This document shows positions 40,759-49,667 of a stretch of DNA of 64,000 bases, piece by piece (the stretch's first letter is position 1; each line of letters opens with the position of its first letter). Source of the DNA: Candidatus Omnitrophota bacterium. GTDB lineage: Bacteria > Omnitrophota > Gorgyraeia > B26-G9. The stretch is taken from assembly GCA_043806135.1 (NCBI GenBank), contig JAZDHG010000098.1, forward strand, positions 1,660 to 65,659. Reading direction: 5' to 3'. Position numbers and translations under genes: made by a program. The notes under the pieces are model-generated. The model saw only the letters and a program-made list of their open reading frames with translations. It was not told the DNA's origin and ran no database searches.

Positions 40759-41160
40759 ATGAGTATATTATTAAAAGAAGACATAATCAGGAAAGCAACG
40801 GATTTCTTTTTAAAAAGGCCGGAAGTTAAATTTGCTTATTTGTTTGGGTCTGTCGCTCTTGGAAAGAGCAATAAATTGAGTGATGTGGATATTGCTGTGT
40901 TTATTGACAATGATTATTTAAAAGAAAATAAATTTACTTATGGATATAAAGCAGAGCTTATAACAGAGCTTATTAAAGTTCTAAGAACAAATAGCGTGGA
41001 TTTAGTTATTTTAAACAGTGTCCCTGTTCTGCTTAAGCATAAGGTTTTGGTAGGAGGTAAATTGCTTGTTTGCCGTGATGATTCAGAAAGAATTAGATTC
41101 CAAGTGAAAAGCCTGAATGAATACAGTGATCTTAAATGTTTGTTTTTAACGCATAATTAG
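40759..41160 (+). CDS. mntA: MntA-type minimal nucleotidyltransferase, antitoxin of a HepT/MntA type VII TA pair
   Basis: GS-x9-11-DxD Pol-beta NTase motif in YLFGSVALGKSNKLSDVDIAVFID. 133 aa. Directly followed (11-nt gap) by a HEPN/DUF86 gene. Confidence 0.8.
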   Translation: MSILLKEDIIRKATDFFLKRPEVKFAYLFGSVALGKSNKLSDVDIAVFIDNDYLKENKFTYGYKAELITELIKVLRTNSVDLVILNSVPVLLKHKVLVGGKLLVCRDDSERIRFQVKSLNEYSDLKCLFLTHN

Positions 41161-41171
41161 AAGAGGCCGCA

Positions 41172-41591
41172 ATGGTTGACGCGCAAATATTGGTCGTAAA
41201 GCTTAAGGAATTAGAAAAATATATCGCTGAATTAGAAAAATTAAAAACAACTTCCCTTGAAACGCTGTCAAAGGATTTAAACAAAATATGGTCACTTGAA
41301 CATGGTTTGCAGTTATCGATTCAAATAATTATTGATATTGGCAATCATATTTTAGCTGATATGAAAGAAAGCAATATAGAAACTTATACTGATGTTATTG
41401 ATCTGTTAGGTGTGAAAAAAGTAATTCCCGTTGATTTCGCGAAACGTATACGCGCAATGGTTGGGCTTAGGAATATTCTTGTTCATGAATATGTAGAAGT
41501 GGATTTAAAACAGCTTTATTCAGTATTGCGGAATAATTTAGATGATTTTAAAGAATTCGTTAAATTAATTAGATGTTTTTTGAAGAAATAA
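41172..41591 (+). CDS. hepT: HepT-type HEPN (DUF86) toxin of the type VII TA pair
   Basis: R-x4-HxY HEPN motif in GLRNILVHEY. 139 aa. Gene order NTase-then-HEPN is typical of MntA/HepT. Confidence 0.8.
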   Translation: MVDAQILVVKLKELEKYIAELEKLKTTSLETLSKDLNKIWSLEHGLQLSIQIIIDIGNHILADMKESNIETYTDVIDLLGVKKVIPVDFAKRIRAMVGLRNILVHEYVEVDLKQLYSVLRNNLDDFKEFVKLIRCFLKK

Positions 41592-41769
41592 TTGTTGCGT
41601 TAAATGTTAATTAAGTTTTTAGCTGTCCTATGAGCCATGAGCTAGAATCTGTCATCTTTTTTCCAACCTCCAAATTACAAACCAAGTTTCTTATTTCCCC
41701 TTGTGACCTTTTGACTTGTGTCTGATGACTTTATTTCTGTTTTTTCCACCATCCCCAAACCAACCACTT

Positions 41770-41950
41770 TTTCATTGCTTGCGACATGCAGCTTGCAGCT
41801 TCAGCCCAAATCGTTCAATTTTTCTCTAAACGCTAATCCCTAGGCTCTAAACGCTGTATTTACAATATGTTATGAGCTTGCAAAGCTTCTAATCCTATGG
41901 TATACTTTGCTGTAATTTTTACATACTTTTTAAAGGCCTTTAATATTAAA
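41770..41950. repeat. ~190-bp intergenic direct repeat, copy B (matches 40270-40460), containing a promoter
   Basis: See copy A. The embedded promoter is TTGCAA (41878-41883), 17-nt spacer, TATACT (41901-41906). Confidence 0.8.
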
Positions 41951-42005
41951 TAATAAAATTATTTTACGAAAACGTGCAAACTCGATAACGTGAAAGGAAT
42001 ATGTC

Positions 42006-45000
42006 ATGAACAATTTACTTTCCAAATCCTGGTTTCGCTTTATTTCCATTATACTTATCCAGTCATTTTTAATATTAGATATTGCCTGGGCAGGAGGCAC
42101 AGAACTTAATCTTAAGAAAAATTCCGATACGCTTTCCGCCCCGGTTGAAATCTCCCAGCAGATGTTTAATACAAGTTTTGGGAAACTTTATGAGATGAAC
42201 GTTCCTAAGGCGGCTAAGAATTTATCTGTTGGAATAGAAGAAAAAAAATCAAAATGGTCATTATCACAAATATGGCAATCTTTTAAGAAAAGTTTAAAAA
42301 ATAATCTGAGTTTGTTGCATCAGGCTTTTTCAATGGACAAAAAATCTGATGATGACAATGATTTTACGTCAGGCCTTAGATCTATCTTAATCCTGGCAAT
42401 GCTAACCCCCGCTCTTATTGCTTTAAGCTCAAGTCTTGGCTGGACAGGAGATAAAAATTTAATAGAAAGTACAAATGGGCTTATTTCTTATATCCCATTT
42501 AAAGAAATAAAAGATAGCACATATGCTTTCTATTACAACCTTTCCATACAGGGGCAAGTGGTTTTGTTTTATACAATTCTGCCGGTAATGCTCGGTCTTG
42601 TTATTGCTGGAGTTAAGGGTGTATTCGATAGTATAAGTAATAGAAATATTAAAAAAGCTGATCGCTCAAAACTACAATCATTTATGATTCCTCTTATACT
42701 CTCTCCCGCACTTATTGCCTTAAGTTCCAGTCTTAGCTGGGCAGGGGAGGGCACATCAATAGATGGCTCAATAATAGGCGGGGTGTTGGGTACATTGGCC
42801 CTTGCTGTAGGTATCGGGGCGGTGAAGTTCAGGAAAAATATACGCCTTGGTTTAAAGAAGTCATCAAATAAAATTACAGATAAAACTGCCAATGTGTTGA
42901 CGCCAATTTTACAGAAAGTTGTGAAGTCAAAATATTTCTGGGCGGGTCTTGTTGGGCTTTCGGTTTTTGTGAATGGGGGGGGTGTTCCAATGAATGTTGC
43001 TGTAATAGCAACTGTGATATCAGTTTCAGCAGCAATTTCGATTTTGTTTACAACTAAAATATCCCGTTCAACTAAAAAATTACTTACTCTATTATTGTCA
43101 GTGGTTATTTTTACTATTATGGGGTGTTCTCTTCATGAAACTAAAGTTACGAGCAGAAGCTTAACCGAATATCAAAATGTTGGTGATAATAAAGATACAT
43201 TTTCAAAAATAAGTAAAGAAAAAATGAGCTTTAAACAATTGGTTGCTATTTTAGAAAACGAAAATGAGCAGGAAGAAAATAGAATTAAAGCAGCTTTAAT
43301 GTTAAGTGACTTTAAACATAAAAAATTAGAGGATATACTCATAAAACAATTATATGCAACTAAAAAAGTTGATATAAACTTTGAATCAGGGCGAGAAATT
43401 GGTTATATCCGTAGTTTTCATTATGATAAACTAGATGCTAATAAATTGCAAGCAACAGCTGCTTGGATATTGGGGGAAAGGAAGAGTGAAAAAGCTGTTG
43501 AGAACCTGATACTTTTATCTGAATCAGGAGATAACTATGATCATTATCCTAAATTGAATAACTATATTTCTGCTTACTGGCCTCAATATACGGATTTGAT
43601 TGATTCCCGCTTAAATCTTCAAATTAATAGTATTATTGCTTTGGGAAAGATAGGCAACAAAAAAGCAGAGAAGTATTTAAAAACAAGGATGCTAAATAAT
43701 AATAATTGGCAAGTAGATTACGCGGTGTTATCTGCGCTATCTGAATTGGGAGATGAGAAAGCAATATTTTATGAGAAAATTTTTCGAAGTGATATTAGTT
43801 TTGTAGATAGAATAAGCAATGTTGCTAAACAAATAATCCGTGAATACCAGGAAAAGGGATTAGAAAGTCGTGTTAGAGAATATCTGATCGAAGTTTTTGT
43901 GGCAAATTCTAAATGGATAAATAATAGCTTGTATTCTAATCTTCGCTATCAAATGACGGCAGGTGTCTTGCTAAAGTTTTTAGGCGGAGATGATGTTGAT
44001 AGAATCTTTGCTGAATTTTCGAATAACATAGGGTCGAGAAGTATTGGTTATGATTTAAAAGTATTCTATGATCGTCTATTATCAAAGCATGATGATTATT
44101 TCGTTGATTCTTTAGATGTAAGACAATTAATTGATAATTTAAGTTTTACAGATCGAGTAGTGCTATTAACTCGATTAGAGAAGTTATTTGCTCTTAATGA
44201 AGAAGTAAAGCGAACAAATCAATGGTTTCTATTACGAAGGAATGAAATGAAGCCTTCAATAAGGGATAGGGTGGGCAGAGAAATCCCAAAACTAAAAGAG
44301 TTTATTATTAAAGAAATTTCTTCTATTGATGGTTTCGAAGAAATTGTAAAAGAAATGTGCTTTCTTAGGGGGCAAGGTGCTCTTTTTAGAGAAATAAAAG
44401 AGAAACTAAAACAATTTGAATATAAAGATGATAATAGTTCAAAGGAAAGATCGAATATCAGCAAGATTATAATAGCAGTTTTAGCTTCTCCCGTTCTTGT
44501 TGCCTTAAACTCAGGTATTGGCTGGGCGGGGGACGGGGGGCAACAGACGGCAGCGGGATTTAGTAGCCTTTTGAATGGGCAAACGGCACTGGGGATTTTG
44601 TTGGCTGCAGCTGCGTTAATAAGTTTAGACTTTGTATTTTATCGTCACTTTTCAACTAAGATTAAACAATGGGTTTCAAATATTAAGAGCAAGCTAAAAG
44701 ATGATAATACTTCAAGTTATAAAGTAATATCCCCCTCTGAACATGGAAAAAGCAGGCTTTCTGAAAGTCGTGATGAGGCTCAGAAGATCATTTCGTTTTT
44801 AGCCCCACAGGATCAACTGCCTGAAAAAGTAAACGCACTACTGGCGTTTGGTAATGAAGATCTCGAGACGCCTATCCGGGCGGCCAAAGTATATTTTGAT
44901 ACAAAGCCTGAGGTTGTTGTTTTTGCCGGTGGTATTGGTCATTCTACACAAAATCTTTGGGAAATAGGCAGCGAATATTTAGGCGTAGATCTGGAAACAT

Positions 45001-47975
45001 TGAAAGGCTTAAGCGAGGCAGAAATTTTTGCCTGGATTTTTAAGGAAGAATTGAAAAAACTTGGCATGCCTGCCGAGGAAATAGGCAAAATAAAAATATT
45101 ATTGGATACAACCTCACGCAATTCTCAGGAAAATGCCAGAAACAGCTTAAAACTGCTTTATAATAACGGATTTCTAGCAGGCCAGATGAGTATTATTCTT
45201 ATGCAAAAGCCATTGCTGCAAATAAGAGCAGGCGCGAACTTAAGAAGAGAAATTAAGACCATGGAAACAGAGCTTGGGGAGAAATTTTCAATACAATGCT
45301 TTAATCATGCACCATATGTGCCGGATATAAGCTTGATGCAAGATGCAGAATTAGAAGAAATCACAAATGATGCCTTGGGTGAGATTGAAAGGCTGAAGAT
45401 GTACCCTGCTCTGCGTTTTAATTTCATTGATACAATTGAAATTCCAGAAAATGTAAACAAAGCGTATTATGAACTTAAAAAAAATCTTTACCCGGACCGA
45501 TCTATTGAATCTGAGGGAAAACTTGTTGCCGGGTTAATTAAGGAACAGGATAGAACAAGGACTGATATAGATAGGCCTATCCAGGTTGAGTCAGGAGAAT
45601 ATAAAGCAGGTTCGTCTTTTATTAACTTTGCGACTGAACGTTATCAGGGATCCTTATATTTGATTGAAGGAAGCGCTAATGCACAGATAAAAGGTGAAGA
45701 GGGAATTATTCAAACCATAGAATTGGGTAAAGGAGATATTATTAATCTGTTTGTTAACTCTGATATTGTTTTTACAGAGGATTCTAAATTTTATATTTTT
45801 AGGCAGACCGATGCTTCTCAAACTTCAGTAGATCATAAAGAAAAACTTGATGGTGAGGTAACCATTGATTCACGCAATGTTATCGAAAAAGATAGGAATA
45901 TAATTGCTGACGTTTACAGAGATGCGCGAGGTGACTTAATAGCTACTGTTCATAGAATTGATATGGCTTCGCCGGCAAAAATGGTGATGACTACGCCGCG
46001 CAGCGCTGCTATTGGTATTGGTGTAAAAACAGCTATTGGAGATGAAGCTGCTCATCGTCATGAATTAGACGGAAAAAGCAAGATAGAGATTGCACTTTGC
46101 CGAATGGGGTCTCTGACTGCCTATGTTGGGAATAAAGAGGGTAAAGATGTTAATGAAGTCGATGTTAAACAGAATGAGCTGTTAATTCTTTATCCAGACA
46201 GTACTCATGGATTTGAATTCAATAACGCTAAAATGGCAATTATTATCCAGGATCCCGGACGCGGGATTGACAAGGTTGATGCTAAACTTGAAAAAACAAC
46301 TGAAATAACGCTTGGTGCAGCGGAAAAACTTAAGACAGAGCCGGAATCGGTAATTACGGAAGCTATTAAACTTCAGGAACAGGATAAACAGGAAGAGGCA
46401 ATGGCTCTTATCCTTAACTCTTTGCTGGACAAGAACCTTAATCCAGCGGATTATGCGTCTTTTTACCAGGTTTTTGATAAAGAAAGCGGCGATTTTATCG
46501 GATATATGCTTGACGGCAAAGTATATATCAGAGGGGTAGGGTATGAATATAAAGAGTTACTTAATGGCGGGTATAATCCTCTTAAACATGTGCTTCGTGC
46601 CATTTCTGATTTATCTTTTGAAGAAATTATTTCGCTGCCATATGCAGGCAGCTCTTTTAACAAGAATGGGAGGTTGATCGGCACGGTTATTAAAGCAGAT
46701 GATTCGAGGGCACAGAACGGGCCGTATTTGTATACAGCCCAGGAAAATCCTTTAAGAGTCAGGAGTTTTCACGCCGCAAAAGGAACAAAAAGCGAAAAGT
46801 ATCTGCTATCGCCGGTCTCTGAACCTAATCCGTTTGGCAACAGGCCGAGACAGGAAGTATGGCATGTGTTAAAGGGAAAAATCAGGTGTGTGTTCTATAC
46901 CAAAGACAATGAGTATATAGGCGAACAGGTCATGTCTAAAGGCGACACTGCTTTGTTTTCAGAAGCTCATCAGGTGTTTTTTGAAGAAGATTCTATAGTC
47001 CTTGAAATAAGGCAAGGCCCGTGCTCTGCTGATGAGTCGGATAGGCAGATTCTGGATGATGTTGATAATGCTGTTTCAGGATATATAGAAAATGCCGCAG
47101 ACCTTTCGTTCACCGCATTCAAAAAGGAAAACAGGTTAGTTGGAGCAGTAGTCAAAGCAAATCATGTGCCTTTTGACAAGCTGCAAAAATTCTCCGCAAT
47201 GCCTGATCCTATCCAATTTAACAGCTTTTACAAGGATAAAGGCATGAGGGGAACAAAACTTTATCACCCTCCTGTACAGGGTGAAAGTCCCTTCAAGGAC
47301 CAGCCGAGACAGGAAGTGTTATTTATCCTCAAAGGTAAGGTAAGGGTTAAATTTTCTACTGTGGAAAATATCGATGTGGCAGAGGAAATATTAGAGGCCG
47401 GGGATGCTGTTTTGTTTACAGAGGGACATGTGGTTGAGTTCCTGGAAGATACGGTTTTTTTAGAAGCTAAACAAGGACCGTATCCGTCTTCAGGCAATAA
47501 AGATGATGATCAGATTGTATTAAATGAAAACATTGCTCCGGAAAATACAAAATTCGGAAAGCTGGGAATTAATTTTGAACATATTACAAAAACAGCACAA
47601 CTTAACCCTGAGCTGCCGCTTTTTGACTTGATTCTTCAAGATAGTAATTCTCTGGATCCAACCCTGAAGGGAAAAGTTGACCAGTTACAACAGATGGCAA
47701 CAGCGTTCTTTATTAAAGGGGAATTTGATAAAGTAATAGAAACTATTCAAGAAATAATCAAGATATATCCAAATAGTTTTGAAGTGATGCGGCTAATAAT
47801 GGACGGAGTGAAAGAACATAAAGCATTAGCTTCACGCGAACCTGAGATGAAGCTTTTTATTGAATCTAAAGGGACTGTTCTTGAACTGACCGGGGATGAA
47901 ATGCCGTTAAAAGATGCTGTAGGAGCCATTGAAGCAGGTATGAGAGCCGGACAGTTTTTGATGCAGGCGATATAA
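42006..47975 (+). CDS. giant membrane-associated protein (1989 aa): conserved leader; reiterated hydrophobic-helix+WAG modules; DUF218 (SanA/ElyC/YdcF-like) domain; two tandem cupin-like domains
   Basis: RBS AAAGGAA upstream of the ATG. Leader MNNLLSKSWFRFISIILIQSFLILDIAWAGG. Internal modules PALIALSSSLGWTGD (42381-42452), PALIALSSSLSWAGEG (42681-42752) and PVLVALNSGIGWAGDGG (44466-44540). Several other TM helices lie in 42540-43130. DUF218-like segment at 44815-45250 (LLAFGNED...VVFAGGIGHST...TTSRNSQENARNSLKLL). Cupin-like repeats at 46680-47030 and 47140-47490, each with PRQEV...LKGK(I/V)R...GD(T/A)(A/V)LF(S/T)E(A/G)H. Confidence 0.85.
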   Translation: MNNLLSKSWFRFISIILIQSFLILDIAWAGGTELNLKKNSDTLSAPVEISQQMFNTSFGKLYEMNVPKAAKNLSVGIEEKKSKWSLSQIWQSFKKSLKNNLSLLHQAFSMDKKSDDDNDFTSGLRSILILAMLTPALIALSSSLGWTGDKNLIESTNGLISYIPFKEIKDSTYAFYYNLSIQGQVVLFYTILPVMLGLVIAGVKGVFDSISNRNIKKADRSKLQSFMIPLILSPALIALSSSLSWAGEGTSIDGSIIGGVLGTLALAVGIGAVKFRKNIRLGLKKSSNKITDKTANVLTPILQKVVKSKYFWAGLVGLSVFVNGGGVPMNVAVIATVISVSAAISILFTTKISRSTKKLLTLLLSVVIFTIMGCSLHETKVTSRSLTEYQNVGDNKDTFSKISKEKMSFKQLVAILENENEQEENRIKAALMLSDFKHKKLEDILIKQLYATKKVDINFESGREIGYIRSFHYDKLDANKLQATAAWILGERKSEKAVENLILLSESGDNYDHYPKLNNYISAYWPQYTDLIDSRLNLQINSIIALGKIGNKKAEKYLKTRMLNNNNWQVDYAVLSALSELGDEKAIFYEKIFRSDISFVDRISNVAKQIIREYQEKGLESRVREYLIEVFVANSKWINNSLYSNLRYQMTAGVLLKFLGGDDVDRIFAEFSNNIGSRSIGYDLKVFYDRLLSKHDDYFVDSLDVRQLIDNLSFTDRVVLLTRLEKLFALNEEVKRTNQWFLLRRNEMKPSIRDRVGREIPKLKEFIIKEISSIDGFEEIVKEMCFLRGQGALFREIKEKLKQFEYKDDNSSKERSNISKIIIAVLASPVLVALNSGIGWAGDGGQQTAAGFSSLLNGQTALGILLAAAALISLDFVFYRHFSTKIKQWVSNIKSKLKDDNTSSYKVISPSEHGKSRLSESRDEAQKIISFLAPQDQLPEKVNALLAFGNEDLETPIRAAKVYFDTKPEVVVFAGGIGHSTQNLWEIGSEYLGVDLETLKGLSEAEIFAWIFKEELKKLGMPAEEIGKIKILLDTTSRNSQENARNSLKLLYNNGFLAGQMSIILMQKPLLQIRAGANLRREIKTMETELGEKFSIQCFNHAPYVPDISLMQDAELEEITNDALGEIERLKMYPALRFNFIDTIEIPENVNKAYYELKKNLYPDRSIESEGKLVAGLIKEQDRTRTDIDRPIQVESGEYKAGSSFINFATERYQGSLYLIEGSANAQIKGEEGIIQTIELGKGDIINLFVNSDIVFTEDSKFYIFRQTDASQTSVDHKEKLDGEVTIDSRNVIEKDRNIIADVYRDARGDLIATVHRIDMASPAKMVMTTPRSAAIGIGVKTAIGDEAAHRHELDGKSKIEIALCRMGSLTAYVGNKEGKDVNEVDVKQNELLILYPDSTHGFEFNNAKMAIIIQDPGRGIDKVDAKLEKTTEITLGAAEKLKTEPESVITEAIKLQEQDKQEEAMALILNSLLDKNLNPADYASFYQVFDKESGDFIGYMLDGKVYIRGVGYEYKELLNGGYNPLKHVLRAISDLSFEEIISLPYAGSSFNKNGRLIGTVIKADDSRAQNGPYLYTAQENPLRVRSFHAAKGTKSEKYLLSPVSEPNPFGNRPRQEVWHVLKGKIRCVFYTKDNEYIGEQVMSKGDTALFSEAHQVFFEEDSIVLEIRQGPCSADESDRQILDDVDNAVSGYIENAADLSFTAFKKENRLVGAVVKANHVPFDKLQKFSAMPDPIQFNSFYKDKGMRGTKLYHPPVQGESPFKDQPRQEVLFILKGKVRVKFSTVENIDVAEEILEAGDAVLFTEGHVVEFLEDTVFLEAKQGPYPSSGNKDDDQIVLNENIAPENTKFGKLGINFEHITKTAQLNPELPLFDLILQDSNSLDPTLKGKVDQLQQMATAFFIKGEFDKVIETIQEIIKIYPNSFEVMRLIMDGVKEHKALASREPEMKLFIESKGTVLELTGDEMPLKDAVGAIEAGMRAGQFLMQAI

Positions 47976-48470
47976 AGACACAGATTGACACAGATAGACA
48001 AAAACCGTGCAGATGAACACTGATAACTACTGAGGGATGAGGGACGCAATAAAAATTATTAGCTATGAACGACTAGTTATGAGTTATTAGTTACGAATTA
48101 TAAGTTATTTGTATTATTTGGGAGATATGTTTACAATGAAAGATGTTATCAGTTGGTGGCTGAAAAAACTATTTTTACTCATTCTCGACAGACATCCATG
48201 TCTGTCTGCGAGGGCAAAACCTGCTTTTACACATCCATGTATCAGCAGTCTTTGAATCCGCAAAAATAGTTATTTCCATCCAAATACTGTCAACACCAAG
48301 TTACAATAATACAAGTTATTTGTGAAAAATAAAAGCAAAGGAAGAGCTGGTCAATAGTCCATAGTCGATGGTTAATGGGAAAAGAAGTTTCCTGTTACCG
48401 GTTGCCGGTTATGCTGCGGAAAAGAATAGAGTCTAAAAGTGAAAAATAGTTGGAAAACACAAGGGAATAA

Positions 48471-49343
48471 ATGGAAAAAAATTTGATTTTAAAGACGATA
48501 TTGATTTTGCTGATGAATAGTTTTTTATTGCTTGATATCGCTTGGGCAGGGGGTGTTAATTTGTCTGTGTCTGAAAATTCGGATACCCTTGCTGCCCCTA
48601 TACAGATAAATAAAACTTCATTTTTCAATACAGCCTATACCATCAATGTAAAACCCCAAATACTTACGAGTGAAAAAGGAGAGATGCCTGCTGAACTTGC
48701 CAAATTGCTTCCCAGAAGGAAGGTGGATAGATGGGTTTGGAATGATGAATTAAATATGTATATAGGTATTTATGCTAAAGACAATACGGAAGAAAAAAAG
48801 AAGAATTTGGAATTGTCCGGCCCAGAAGAACAAACATCTGCTCAACTAATTGAAAAACGCCGTATTCCTATATTTGAATCAAAAAGGGATGTAATTCTTT
48901 GCATAGGATTATTGGCGACGTTTTATGTCGCGGTTATGGTCCCGCTGATAGCGGGGGTTTGGAATCGTGTCTATGACATCTTCCCGAGAATGTTTATGTC
49001 GTATTCCATATGTATGGGTGGGGCTATTGCCATAGCTGCTATAGTTTCTGCGTTAATAATCCCTAATTTACTGCCTTGGCAAAAAATCGGGTTGGCTTTA
49101 AGTGAAATATTTAAATCTTCATCTACAGAGCCAGAACCGATAGTTAGCAACAAAAAAGATCAGTATTTGCTGAATAGTCAGAATTTAGACAGCTTGCCGG
49201 GAAATCTATATCAAGAGCCTGTACAGGCTGGAAAAACACCTGAGCCTATAGCCTTTAGCGAAGCGGTGAAAAGCCTTGATAAGGGGTTGTTAGAGAATAA
49301 CCTTCTTTTATTTAATCTTAAACTTATTGCTGCTTCTTTATAA
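48471..49343 (+). CDS. membrane protein (290 aa) carrying the same conserved N-terminal leader as giant proteins 3 and 1
   Basis: N-terminus ...LILLMNSFLLLDIAWAGGVNLSVSENSDTLAAPIQINKTSFFNTAYTINV aligns with G3 ...LIQSFLILDIAWAGGTELNLKKNSDTLSAPVEISQQMFNTSFGKLYEMNV. Two to three C-terminal TM helices. RBS AAGGGA upstream. Confidence 0.6.
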   Translation: MEKNLILKTILILLMNSFLLLDIAWAGGVNLSVSENSDTLAAPIQINKTSFFNTAYTINVKPQILTSEKGEMPAELAKLLPRRKVDRWVWNDELNMYIGIYAKDNTEEKKKNLELSGPEEQTSAQLIEKRRIPIFESKRDVILCIGLLATFYVAVMVPLIAGVWNRVYDIFPRMFMSYSICMGGAIAIAAIVSALIIPNLLPWQKIGLALSEIFKSSSTEPEPIVSNKKDQYLLNSQNLDSLPGNLYQEPVQAGKTPEPIAFSEAVKSLDKGLLENNLLLFNLKLIAASL

Positions 49344-49465
49344 AAAATAAAAGAGTATGTATTAAAGCGATAGTTAATTTATTGATAGCCGATGGAATAC
49401 CAGCCTATATAATAAGGAAACAAATATAGAAAATTAATGCTGGATCATGCTTTTGGGGATTAATC

Positions 49466-49494
49466 TTGACATATATTCTTATTTATGTTATAAA
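49466..49494 (+). promoter_or_regulatory. sigma70-like promoter TTGACA-17-TATAAA upstream of a leader region and the GPH transporter gene
   Basis: TTGACA at 49466-49471, 17-nt spacer, TATAAA at 49489-49494. Confidence 0.5.
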
Positions 49495-49639
49495 ATTAAC
49501 TTCTATAGATATCGGAAAGAGACTAGATCTTAACTACTTTTAATTAGGTTTTAACACTTTTAAAGAGGATGTTACTATTAAAATGACTGGTATTTGCGCC
49601 TGTTTTGGGCGCTTAACATATAGAATAATCGGGAAAAAT

Positions 49640-49667
49640 TGGATAATATGCCCATACCTTATGGTAT
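49640..49667 (+). terminator. rho-independent terminator/attenuator hairpin (cccatacc-ttat-ggtatggg followed by TTTTTTT) in the leader of the transporter gene
   Basis: Perfect 8-bp GC-rich stem, 4-nt loop, then a 7-T run. Lies ~110 nt upstream of the start of the 49773 gene and downstream of the 49466 promoter. Confidence 0.6.
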
